Under the pieces are notes generated by a model that saw only the letters and a list, made by a program, of their open reading frames with translations, made no database searches and was not told the origin of the DNA. 64,000 nucleotides of DNA, from the NCBI GenBank assembly GCA_904063045.1, contig CAJFCJ010000004.1:1233713-1297712 (forward strand), written 5' to 3'. How positions within the stretch are numbered: position 1 is the stretch's first letter; each line of letters opens with the position of its first letter. The DNA comes from Dimorphilus gyrociliatus (taxonomy: Eukaryota > Animalia > Annelida). Of this stretch, positions 23,915 through 37,268 are shown one piece after another. The translations under genes were made by a program, and so were the position numbers.

Positions 23915-26900
23915 TCACCGAGTCTGTATGCGACGTAACTCTTCGTGATGTTCATCACAAAGCCATCGAACTTCTTTTCCAATATGCAATGGTTTCAATT
24001 GACCGAATCCTCCAGAGCTTATATCTATTCTTAAAAACCTAGCGATTTCAAAGCGATTGCCGGCAGGATTTTGATGAAATATTGAATCAGCTGATACGGA
24101 ATTTCCAACTTTAAAATAAAGATCTGGAAAACCGTCATTTGCATTCGCTAATACTTTTGTTAGCATTGTCACTACTCTGTCCTTGTTCTTTGTTAACCAA
24201 GCTAATGGATCTTGAATATGTAAATCAACTGAACCTAAGTATTCATACATTTTAATAAGATCAGCAATTACTGGGGCTAGTAATCGACCATTGTGACCAT
24301 GCTCGTGCACACCATTAACGATTTGAACCATTGATAAAGCCATATTGAGTAGAACTGGCAATTGATTACCTACTCGCCTTACAAAATTCTGAGATTGACA
24401 TAGACGAAAACCTGGCTCGTCTGTTAGATGCCAGTAACCTGTGTATTCGCATAGGAAATGCACTTCAAACCCTTCAAGGAACTTGATTCGGGAATGTAAG
24501 TACCATTCTTTGTTCGAAGCATTCATAGATGGAGGTAAGACAAGGACCAGCCGAGGATGTTCGTAATCAGGAAGAGCGCTTAATGAACTCGTAGTTGGAG
24601 CATGTGGAGGAGGTGTATAGTGACCAGTTAAAGCCCTCGTCCAACTACCGAGGTTATGCCACCTTGAACAAATTGATTTTCTTCGATCAGAAACCAAGCG
24701 GAGTGGAATTCTATCTGCCCTGGCTTGCCTATTCAGGACACATTTTGGACACAGGAGATAAATCTCTCGTTCCTCTATAAAACTTCTCGCATCTTGTGTT
24801 TCTCCAGTGCTTACACTAATACAACTAACAGAACAAGAAATACTACAGTCGTTAACGGAACCCTGATATATCCAATCATCGAAGGTATCCTCAACATCGT
24901 TCAAATGCAGTTGGAGAAAGCCAAGAACGGCTTTAACAACACAACAAGGTTTGGGACCTCTAGCTGTAACTTTCATTGTTTGAAGTCTTGGATCAACTTC
25001 CACATGTACCTTATGTAAAATATCGTCCTCTAGTGAGACATTTCCTGCACATTGACAATCGTCACAGCCACCAACATCGAGAGCTGTAAAGAAAACTATA
25101 TGGTGGCTGAGGAAGACTGGAGGAGGATCGAGGACCAGATCTAATAATCTCCTGCCTTCCCTACAAATTTTTAAAACAAGATCCGATAACATGCAAGGTT
25201 TAATCGCTCGGATTTCCATTTCGTAAGTAACCTGTCTCTCATCCCAATCCGGTAGATCCGGCCATACGTCAGAGTTTGGTTGACCGAATTCTAAGAGTGA
25301 CGGTATCAAGTAACGCTTTTCGCCATCAATGTCTCCTACTATAGCGCACATATCTAATTTTTCCAAAGCTCCTAAAAGCCAATGTGCGCTAGATACCCCT
25401 TCAATTCCTGCTTTATTCAATTGTCTATCTAATTCTCGATCTCTCAAGCATTCCAGCATTTCATCCAGCAGCAGAACCGAAGCATCAAGATCTGTTAGAA
25501 CCCCATGCAGGACTCGTATAAACCACAATGGATTAATGACCACCAACTTTGATAATATGGAGTCAGCAGTGAAATGAACTAGTTTTCCGCGTTCGTGAAA
25601 GTATTGTAACATAGGCTTAATGTGATTACCACCTATTTCAAAACTTCTTGCGATATTTATAACTTCATCATAGGTTATACAAGGTAGTGTGGGAGCTTTT
25701 TCAATTATAAAACCAATGTGACGAATAAACGCCAACCAATTGGGTGGTATTGATCTCTCTGGACGTTGGGTTGCTCTTACAATAGCGGCTTTCAGTTGCT
25801 CAATAGACACGTTTGATTTTTTAGCATCTTTTGGAAAGTTCTTCTTCGAATCAATCTCGTAATAACCAACTACATGCGGAAATCTTACTCTTCCCAAAGC
25901 AGGGGGTGTCTGAATCACGTGACCATTTGGTAAACTTTCTTCAAGTAGTGTCAGATCGACGAATCCGGCTCCAGGACAATTCCTTCCGGTACCTATTTAA
26001 AAATAAATTATAATTTTCATTTTATGAAACAAATAATCAATAAAATCGATCGAAATAAGATCGAAAACTCATAAAATATATAATTCTAGTGTATAGACAA
26101 TTGTTTCAACTAAGCAGAAAATTTTATAATACTATATTTATGAATTAATAATTAAAATTTTATTAGACACTGTAAAGAAATAACAATTTCTTGGGAGTAG
26201 AATTTACTAGAATTAGGCACTAACCTATTAGCAAAATGAGGTAGCTACGCTAATGAATTAATAATTATCTTTAACAATTAGCTAATTTTAACTTGGTAAA
26301 GAGATTTCTGGTTCTGACTGTCAAGATTAAAACTCTTTATCCTTATGCTCAGTTTAGCTAGTATGTATTAATAAGTATATATATATGTATAAGATAAACA
26401 ATAATCGAAATATCACATAGAATAAATCGGCATCTAAGCTCTCATAATAATATCGTCGGATAAAAGTAATTTGTCAACTAAAAGTAAAATAGGCCTAGTT
26501 TTCTGATATCTAGTACGACACATTAATATTCATAAATTTTTCTTCGTATACACAATCCCTCTCCTTATCTAGAATATATTGAACTGGTAATCATTCTTGC
26601 ATCTATTTAAGCAACGTTCTAATAATTTTTTATGGCATCCATTAAAAACCTTCACTACTATTTGGAAGTGATATATTATTAATAACATTTCACCTTGGTG
26701 ATAAGGAATATAATTACAATATTCATATTATGTATTAAATATTATTTGTTGTGTGTGCATATAAACAAAGACAAATTGTGCACTACAGAATTTCTTGAGA
26801 AGCACTAGAACGAAAAAAATCTCAAGAACTGCAAAATACAGCCATTAAAAACAACAAATTGGCGGTTTGTTATTATTCCACAAAGTAATTACAGAGGATA

Positions 26901-29900
26901 AGAAACAATTTATTAAGTTGTTTGATTAACTTTTTTCCATGATAGGCTGTTTATGGCAGAAAGATGTGAGTGTTTTTGTATGTTTGTAATTATAGAAAAT
27001 ATCGAGGAGGATTTGCTGTTACCTTGTCGATAAACAAATTTCTCTTCATTGTATCTATAAAGTGTGTAGTAATATCATTCTATTATTTCTGTTTGCTAAG
27101 GCTACGCTACGGATATTTTATTTAAAAAACAAAATAAGGAAAGAAGGGAAATGACTTTCTTTCCCTCCTTTTTTATTCACTAACAAAAAATGATGGCAAA
27201 ATTTTCTATTATATATGATATATAAATAAATAGATATAAATATACTGTATAGCATATATTAGCTGTAAACAGAGAGACGCCTTTTTTTTAAACAATTATT
27301 TACCATACAAACTGTCGTTTAATCGCAATAGAATTCCATTTTATTTTATAATATAGACTTTTCTTTATCGATTTAAAAGTAATACTGTCAATTTTTCAAA
27401 GTTTATTAACAATAATAGCGCCATCTAACGTTAATTTTTAATTTATGCTAATCGTTCATTAAGATGATAACTCAGTATGAGACGGGAAAAAAGAAGCCTT
27501 GATCTTATCAAATAAATTTAATAGATAAGCATTTAAGCTGGTTTTGTCAAAAAAAAAGCTAGAGAAAGAGAATGAGAAGGGAAGGGGTGATGGAAAAAAG
27601 TAACACTAGATGTCGTATTTGGGCTAGAATGAGAAACTGAGCAGAAAAGATGTCAACGCTTATGATTTATAATTTGCTATATATATATATCTAAGAGAAG
27701 GGAGAAAAAACTGGCTAAAAAAGGTGTGGTCGAGCTACTGCAAAAAAACTTTCAGTAGATCAAAAAAAAGAAAGAAATGTAATCTATCGATTAACTTCAA
27801 TTACTGTGTAAAATAACAAATAATTCTACACCTGGTACTAATGTTTGAAGTTAAATATTTGGAAAAATTGAGTAAATAGGAAAACATAATTTTGGCGAGA
27901 CACTTGAAATGACTGTATAGATTTTTTCTTTTGTATAAATACAAGTGCAATTCGATCCGCAGGTGATATTATAAAGGAAAAAATATTACTATAATTCTTC
28001 CTTCTCTACTTTTTAAAGGGTTTCAGTTAAGAACAGGGAAAAACAATCTAAACAACTGAAACAAGAAAGAAAATTAGTCTAACTGTGTAGAATTAATTTC
28101 AAAATACAGAATTTATATACAGCATATTGTTTTTCAATGCAGGTAAGCTTATATTAAATGCTAACACTACCTATAGACTATTATTGGAGCTGTATTTTAT
28201 TAAGTTCTATTTAACATTGTTTTCTAGTTAGTGTTGTAATTTTCTCATATTTAATTAACAATATTATATTATATTTTTATCCGTCTATAAAACGATTGTC
28301 CTGTGGAGGAGGGAAACTATCATTCAATCATATTATAAATCAGTTTATAACGCCTTGTAACGCCAGGGGAAATAACAGTCTGTTAATAGCATTAAAATAT
28401 ATTATGCAAACGTCCTAAACATTTCGACAAAAATTCATCTATTATTGTTCCTTTCATCTCCCTTTCTAGTTTTTCTATATAGAGTAAATCTTAAACAATA
28501 AAAAGATGACTAGACTAAACTAACAAAAAATCTCTATTTGGATATAATACCGAGAAAGGCACGGTTTCATAATTTATAAATTTCAAGCGGAAAATTCATC
28601 AAAACATGAAAGTTTCTTTTGATTCAATTGGTCTTTCTTTTCATACTGACAATTCTCAAAAGAGCTTTGAAAAAACTATATATAATTTTTGTAAACTATT
28701 AGAATTATAATATTTTTCATTAGTGTTGGTCTAATAGCGAAAGACAATCTAGGGGTAGAGAGGGAGGGGCCGTAGGGGTAAAAATAGCAACGTTACTTTT
28801 CAGTTGTTAATACTATTCTTTCATATATATATATATGTATACATATATATCATTTATAGTTTTATCGAATACAACACTTTAAGGGTAAACAACAACATAT
28901 AGATCGTGGAAAAAGAAGCTGAAAGTACTATTTAAGTGATAAAATGGTTAAAAATAACAATATAACCTTTGCTAATTTTTAAGTGTTCCCTAATACAACT
29001 AGATAATCAACTTAAATAGATTCATACATAGGTTAAAACTATAAACAGAGTATTCTCACTTTCATAAATCATTTATCTGGCACAAATATTAATGTTAAAT
29101 AAAATTGTTGTGGTGATAAAGTAATTTAATTTTTGCAGTTGCCAAATATCGTTTTCAATAGTTTCACCTATAGTCTGGAATATATAAACTATGTAAATAT
29201 GCCTAAAAAATTCCTTTTTTATCATGTATATTGTATAACATATATAAAATGATACGCCCTATATTTCTAGAATACAATTTATGTGAAACATAAGAAGTCT
29301 TCACTAACCTTTATTCGAAACCCGTCGGATAGCTAATCCCTTTGGAGCGCACAATACGCAATTTTGCAATTTTCTCTTCAGACTAAAATGCCTTACATGG
29401 TGTCCTCTTCCATGATCCAATAAATTATCCATAATATGCCAAATATCGGCGTAAGACATAGCCTTAACTAATTCGGCATGAGTACCAACAATGAGAACTG
29501 GAATATCCGGATTAATTTCATAAAGTGCTTGTAACCACATCTGCAATCTATGAACATGCCTAGCAAACAAATGTTGAGATCCATTTTGCAATTCTAAAGT
29601 AGTTAAATCGACAGTCAATAAATAAAGATCAACAGTCAACGATTTCGAATAATTATCAATAATATCGTTAGCAAGTACGAAAGCGCTAACATAGCACGAA
29701 TCGTCGGCAGCATGTAGTTCAAAGTGTTGAATATCGAATGTTGAATCATGATTCTTAGCATCGTGCTTACAAATTCCCTTATCCGATTTTATCGCTTCGA
29801 TAAGCGTGCTCTTTCCGGAATGTGATTCACCAACGATTGCAACGCTTATATCCCGAGCAGTTCGATTTGGAGATGGAGAAGCAAGGAAATTTTCGACTTC

Positions 29901-31286
29901 TAAATGAGATAATAATAACTCCTTATCATGTCTGACGAATGATGGTAATAACATAAGATTCTCATAGCGGAAACAAGTTAAGCGTTTTATTAGGTCAATG
30001 AAAACTGACGGTATCGTTTCGATTTTGTTATGGCTTATATCCAATACCTGGTAAAGAAAAATTTGCAAAAATAGACTATACATCTTCTATGTAAAAACTA
30101 GATGAATAGCTATACACCTAATAGGATAATTTAGCTATATAATCATACAGCTATTATATATAAATATATAGTATATATATACTATATATATATTTTTTTA
30201 TATTAATATAGGGTTAGTTAAAGATTTAAACCTGTACCTATTGTAGTTCAGGTCAAAATCTTCATTATTTCTCTAAATTGTTAATCTACGCACCTGTAAG
30301 TGTCGTAAAGATGCTAATTGATTTGGCAATTTGCTTATCCGATTAGCTCTGCACCTTAGTACCTTTAGCTTTGTCAATGAACTTATAAAATTAATATTCC
30401 GCACCCCATTATTGCTGAACGATAGCGACCTTAAATTATCCAGTTGCGTTATGGTATCCGGCAAATGGGACAGTTTAGGCGTTTGAAAATCGCAAGAGAA
30501 CGACCTAAGTGCCTTGAGACGACAAATTTCCGGCGGTATTGCTGCCAGCCTATTCCTATCCAATTTCAAATGCTCTAGACTCTCGATTTGCAATATTCCA
30601 TCCGGTACATATGTTAAATAGTTGTTACTTAGAACCAGAGCCGTTAACGGTAGGCTACAAAGTTCCTGGCATCCAACATCAGCAGAATGGAGTTTACATT
30701 GTATTAAATAGAGAGACGTTAATCTTGTTGCATCTACCCTTTGCACGAGTTGCTCGATCGATGGTAAACAAGCGTCTCGAATAACTATCATATCCCTAAC
30801 ACAATCCCGTCCGGGAGCCAGGCTATTCTCCATATATTCCATAGTATTCTGTTTGACGAATAGCATGTACTGATCTCCAAAAGATTTTCGCTTATAAAGC
30901 GTTGAATCGACATCACAGGTTCTTGAAAGTAAATCATCAACAACACAGGTCGAAGGTAGAGCTTTACTGCTCTGCAAAGCATCTGTCCTGTCTAGATCGA
31001 ACGATGGAGATTCAATAATCATTTTAACAGCTTCTAGATGACCTAATTTCAAAGCAAGATGTAAAGGAGAATCTTTCTCGGCAGTTCTATCTTTTACATT
31101 TACATCGCAACCGAATTCGATGAGTTCGTTGAGAACATCAAACTTTTCATCCAATAGAGCATGATGTAAGATTGTCCGCCCATCCTCGTCCTGCTGATCA
31201 ACATCATTTTCGTGGACGAGAAGTTCTTTCAATTTCGAAATTTGCCCTTGCTTAATGAATTCGATTAGCGGTTCGATAGAGGACAT
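23915..31286 (-). CDS. Kinase-less ROCO protein: ankyrin repeats + LRRs + Roc-COR + extra C-terminal module; 3 coding exons, about 1269 aa
   Basis: Exons 31286-30294, 30047-29309, 25992-23915 (phases 0 and 1 consistent; 3810 nt). ANK motifs (GRTILHHA, DSPLHLA); LRRs (LTALVLSNNYLTYVP, LEHLKLDRNRLAAIP); P-loop GESHSGKST; G4-like VLIVGTHAE; COR motifs (YFHERGKLVHF, VVINPLWF, YLIPSLL, LLCPKC). An in-frame TGA lies upstream of the ATG at 31286. Confidence 0.9.
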
Positions 31287-32127
31287 TATTCCTTCTCTAC
31301 GTTGGTTATATCATTTTTGCGAGAACTGGTTGTCTGTTTGACGAAATAGAAATTAGATTCATTTAAAAAAAAAACAATAAAGTTTTTTTTGTCAGTTTGA
31401 TCTTAATAATGAAAAGCACAGAAAAAAAACGCCCATTGAGTTACTAATCAAATGTACCAATTTAGATAACCTTATTTTATTTTACAGAGCGTTACCAAGC
31501 GTTCTATTTTATATCCCTTTTTTTCTGTCTCTTTTTCTTTTCTTTTTCACTCACTCAACACCCTTTTACTTTTAGAGTTTTTATGAGGAAACTCTTTCTT
31601 CTTTGCGTACAAATATACACTCCATATAATGTATGTACAAAAAAATACATAGAAAACACTATATTTTTTCTAGGTTGAGTCTATTATTTTTTTCTATCGT
31701 AAAAATAGAGCAAGGAGATGATAGGTCTATCGTCACAATGCATCTAACATTCGATTGACTTTGCTCCTTTATAAAACTGGTAGGCCTAAATCATCGGCTT
31801 ACATTTACAAAAGTAAAATCTAATTCCTGTCTTCCAGAATTTGTCATCGAAAATTCTAAACGCGTTAAAATTTTGTCACGAATGCCTATAAATAAATGAT
31901 CCACTTAGACGTAAGTTATATAATGCAGTTGTATATAAATGGTATAGTGATATTCCAAAAACGTTATAGTTTTAAAAATGAAATATTATTACAATTAATT
32001 TCCATCAACGGAAAGATGAAGCTCAAAGAGGAGAATTCTTTCCTCTCTTCTTCTTTTTATTTTCCTTTTATTTCTATTAAAAAAAACGGTCTACAAAACA
32101 TTTGAAAGTGCAGATGATTATGACGAG

Positions 32128-32250
32128 ATAAAGAAAGAAAGAAAGAGAGAGAGATGGAGAGAGAGAGACAGAGACAGAGAGAGGGACAGAGAGAGAGGGA
32201 GAGAGGGAGAGAGACAGAGAGACAGAGAGACAGAGACAGAGACGCAGAAA
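32128..32250. repeat. GA/GAGACA polypurine simple repeat
   Basis: Direct reading. Related polypurine/polypyrimidine tracts at about 22960-23110, 43375-43500, 49850-49935, 51200-51241, 53420-53600 and 58305-58360. Confidence 0.9.
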
Positions 32251-34050
32251 GACGGAAAGAAGAAAATCAGAAAAGCGGATAGGCTTGAAACAATTTATTT
32301 AAGGTTTTACTGGAACCTAACTATGAGCTTGTATTTAATGAAAATAAACTATTTTTAAATATTCTAGAAAAAGGAAACAATGAAAAGTACTTTTGTTTCT
32401 AAAATATTTAAAAGATTACAAATATGATCATATTCCTCTTTGCTGTCATGGGATATACTGTATAAAAAATGAATAAATATTTCAGAAGAATAGACTCAAT
32501 ATCCAGAATATTTTTTATCTAGCAAAAAAAAATTCTATATTCTTCTTTACCCCATATATTTTTCTGTATAATACAAAAGTTTGTACAATAGAATAGGGAT
32601 TTTACTCATTTATAATGCATAACGTGATGCAAGTTAAGAATTGAATATCATTTCCTCCTGATTCTTTTGTTACTATTTATCATTAAGTTGGAGAAAATGT
32701 GTAAAAACTGGCAGTGAAAAAAAATGGAAAGACAGATAGAAAGAAAAAAGAGAGACATACGTACAGGCAGACACAGACAATACTTATAAATTTTTAGGCT
32801 TCGTAATACTTAATCTTTACTTATTTGAAGAATTGTCTTCAAAGAAAACGTGAAATAAAGATATCATGCAACATCTTCATTACGTTAATTATAAAATTTA
32901 ATATAAATAGAAAAGAAACGACGTATGTCACTTTTTACCATTATCATTTGTTGTTGATAATGCAACTGTATTCTAATAATAATAATAATAATTGAGGGAA
33001 AATGTTCTCCCTTATTCGTTAAAGACAATTTTATATCTTTTATCTAGTATTGTTATTGTTTTCTATTTAAAAAAAAAGTAATTAACAAACTAAATAAATT
33101 ATTAAATACTTTTATAAATGAAATTGTGAATAAAATACTACTTTCTATCCATTTGAGGAGAATATGAAATATTTATTCCAATGGATATTTATTTAGAGTG
33201 TCTTTTGAAGTATGGTCCAATAGCTTTCGTACAGGATAACAAATTTCGAATCGATTTAAAAAGGCCATTTTTGTTAAAAATCAGTTCTAAAACATACACC
33301 ACACTCTATACGATTGAATCGGTATTCTTGACAATTAACGTATTCGTATATATTTATATGGTTCTATATGTTACGTATATACGTATAACTGCCAGTATTC
33401 ACTAATTAGTTTCTAGTGAATTAAGGAAATGAAATAAGAAACAATTGTCTCTTTTTATGAATACAACGCTTTTATCTAAGTATTTTTTTGTATCGTTTTG
33501 TATGTGTATGCGTACATAGATTTAACGCAAGGGGATAGTGTTACAATTCTATGGACACAGAGGATCCAAATACTGTCTTCAAACATGAAAAGAGAGAAAA
33601 TTTTTTTATGCAATCTTTATTCACTGAATATAAATTCTTTTTTGAGAAAATAGTAGAAATATATAACAATAATTTGAAAAATATTCTCTTTCTTGTTAAG
33701 TATAGACAACACCATACTAGGATATGTGAATTATAGCACGCAATAGGCCTATTATTTGCCATAATTTTTCGATTTGCGCCTTTAATCTTGAGAAAGGACA
33801 AATTACTTGGTAATCTTTAACTATACTTAGTTTTTATGCTCGATTTTACATTTATTCCTAGTACATTTTATCACCTTTGTTGTTAAGAATTCACGTACAT
33901 ACGTGTGACGTTCTGTAGGAAAATTACTTTAACCTATTCTGTTTGTTAAAGGTTAATTAATTTTTTTCTTTTCCTTAATTATTTATACTAAGATAGAGAG
34001 TATTTGAAATTGGAAGAATAATAGAACTATTTAAAAATAAAAAGAATCAC

Positions 34051-35388
34051 CTGTGTCAAAGTTTACTTTCAACAATGGGAGTAAAATACTTTGAAAAACC
34101 TACAGAGAGATCAGAGAAAAATACCAATTATCAAGTAGTGGACCTACGTTTGTTTTCATTTGTTGGTATAATGACAAAGAGTTGTATGAAAGTAGAAAGT
34201 AGTGCAAAAAGAGAGGAATAGAGATTAAATATTATGAAGAAAAAAAAATGTAAGAGGAGGGGGGAGGGAGGAGTGGGGGGAAGGCAAGAGGGAAATAACG
34301 GCAAGTGGGGACGGTCTAAAATTAAGGTACAGCTTTAATTCTATTCTATATATCTTTGTTCATATATAAATTGTAATTCGAGTAAGAAATATCGTACTAT
34401 AACAAAAATTTTATATATAAAAGACTAATCATTTAACAATCATGTATAATTAATAAATTCCTATTTGTCAGTTATAAACCGATTATTGAAATAAGTAAAT
34501 ATTATGTTCAATTGTTGAAAATATGTTTTAAACAATTAAGCTTTAACAGATTTTTTCCTGTTTTATAGATTTTATAGATTAGATTAGTATAAATCAACAA
34601 AATCAAAAATTACAATTTTTACTGATTCGACTACAGATTATAGAATATTTTTACAAACTATTAGTCATATTTACAAGTTTACTCACTTTTCCTTTCTACT
34701 TCTATCACTCTTTAACAAATATATATCTAGCTCTAATAAATTCTTTTATATATTTATATTTCTTTAATAAAAGAAGAAGGCCATTCTAAAATAATTATAA
34801 CAAAAACTGAGCTTTTTGAAATCAAGTAGTAACTTTAAGCCTAGTGATTCATTAATAAAAATAAACTAGAAAAATTTAGAACAATACACTTTATCACTCT
34901 ACACCTGAATTCTTACCAGGCGTAAATTTTTGTTAATTAATAACCAAGAGCATCATTTATAGTGTCTTACAGTAGGCTGAAAAATAGTTTTTTAAATATC
35001 CCCCTCCCCCCACAACAACACAATTCTGTCACCTATTTATCTAAAGCAAATATTGCTGCTATTACGTTATAAAAGACGCATGAAATTCGTTTCATATTCA
35101 AATCTTCTTTACATAAATAAACAAACAAAGTAAGCCTTTGAAAAAGCACCAATCCTTATTCAAAATGCGGTAAAAACTATACAATAGGAATTTTGGTGCG
35201 AATAAGGTAAAATTAGATGATATATAAGATTAATTCGCCCATTTTGAATAACATAAAAAAAGATTAATAGTATAGAAAATATCTTTGAGAAAAAAAAATC
35301 GACTTATTTATATGAGAGAGAGCCTTTAACAAAAAAAATAGAAGAAAACGTTTTGGAATCAGTGTGATTCTTTAAAAATATTCTCACC
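34051..35388 (-). other. Probable non-coding 5' UTR exons of the ANK-LRR-Roc-COR gene (exon ending 35388; 34976-34917; 34099-34051), splicing to an acceptor at 31333
   Basis: Canonical minus-strand signals: AAG|GTGAGA at 35387; TTTTCAG| ... CTG|GTAAGA; CTCTGTAG| ... CAG|GTGATT; TCAAACAG| 47 nt before the ATG. A GC-richer island at about 35460-35640 could be the first exon or promoter. Confidence 0.45.
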
Positions 35389-37268
35389 TTTTTTACAGGA
35401 AATTATTAGACAAAAAAATTTTCGTCTTTATCATTCACAATTTATCATAAATTTTCAACGATTATAAAATCCGTCCGTATTGCAGTCGGCTAAATAATTT
35501 GCAGACGTCTATAAAGCGGCAAAGAGCTCTGCAAAACATGGCTGACCGATCCGAACGGCTTGCATAATCAATAAAGCCAAATGACGCCAGTGGCTCCATC
35601 ATACGGTTATATTGAAGGCTGCATTATTGCTGTTTTGCTGTTGCATTTTCCATTTTGGTATTAAAAAATTGACTATTTTTCAGGAAACATAATTGATTGT
35701 TCTGGAATTAAGAATAGATTTTTTTTATAAGGGATGACCTACAACAAGGACTTAGTACAATATGTACTATATCAATCCATTTCGATATTAAAAGGTCATT
35801 AATCTCTACCATTGGTACTAGTTAAGTCAACTTTTACGCTTAAATTCCACACACATGATAACAAATTGCTTTCTTATATTAATATTGACTTTTTCTTTAA
35901 ATTTTCAATAACTTTCTATTCAATTAAAACAGTACTATACAATAGTACTATATAAAAAATACAGCCTATATAGATGTATATATATACCCAGTCTATATGA
36001 GTGTGTGTATTTTTTTTATTTATATATTTTAATAGGCCTACTCCTTGTCTTTCTTATAATATCATTGGGGAAAAGTAATTTTTGCCTCTGATTTTTATGT
36101 CTATGTATTATTCACACGGTTATCGTTACTAAATAAATTAGCGTTGCTTAGTTAACTAAATCCTTAGTTACGTAGACATGCAAAGCTAAATCCGGCATTA
36201 AAAGTTGGTTCAATAAGTCTTTGACAAGCTTTAACAGTTTTTACAATATTCACCAATTATTTACGTATAACAATCAAGCAATTAAATTCAATTGATGAAC
36301 AACGAATAATTAACCAAACAACGTTACTAAAAGTCTCTATAAGAGTAAATATTAAAACTATTATATAACCGTAGATTTTAACCTAGGCCTCTAACCGATT
36401 TAAGAAAAAAAAAGCTACTATTGGCATAGAAACGTTACGTTCTAGCGTTACAGCATATCCATTAAATACTGAAAATATTTAATAATATACTGTGGCATGT
36501 TATATATTGTTATATACCTGTCTAAAATGATATTTGATGCCTAAAACATAACTCTACCTAGTGTGACAATCTATTAGATAAATTTCCAAAAGCACTTTTT
36601 TCCCCTTCTTTTTCTAAGCCAGGAAAATGTAACGATCAATTAGGGATAATTGGAGGAAAAGTATAAGGATTACTAATAATTTATTCTTTTATGTAAAAAG
36701 AATATTTCTAATAATGTTGGTTAGGGTTTTGTTATTGAAGTTATGGATTAAAAGCGAGCTTAGTAAATACTTAAAATTGTTTGGAATATCATTATGCCAA
36801 TAATACTAATACTGTTAACCTTTATATATTTTAATGTTCACCTGTATTATTTGCATGTGATTTATAGTTTGCAATAGACGAAAAGTTACCTCCTTCTATT
36901 AATTAATGTTTACCAACAATATAGGTGTTGTTAAGCTAAATATCTTTCATGTTAAAAGTATTAAATTACAGCATAATACTAATTAAGCTGCGTATCGTAC
37001 GAGAATTTGCGTTCAAATCAATACCACACCCTTAAATAGTCCCTTTTTCATTACTAGAAAGAAAATAAAATAAAAGAGCCGTGTGTTTCTTTCAATTAAT
37101 CTCTTGATTATTAGCAGAAACATATAAGTTTAAGTTAATTAATTACTTTATAAGCTAATTTTCTTGTCTCTTTTAATTTTGCATCGTAAAAGTTTAAGAA
37201 AAACATTTCAAATTCAAATGAGCAAATGCTAGTACAACATTATAATATTAAAATTAAAACTGTTTATA

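Noticed and set aside
26600-28150. Splice-like signals within the 3.3 kb ROCO intron (possible cassette exons or antisense transcript)
   Set aside because: Candidate cassette exons are not phase-compatible, and isolated plus-strand donors do not form a coherent model.
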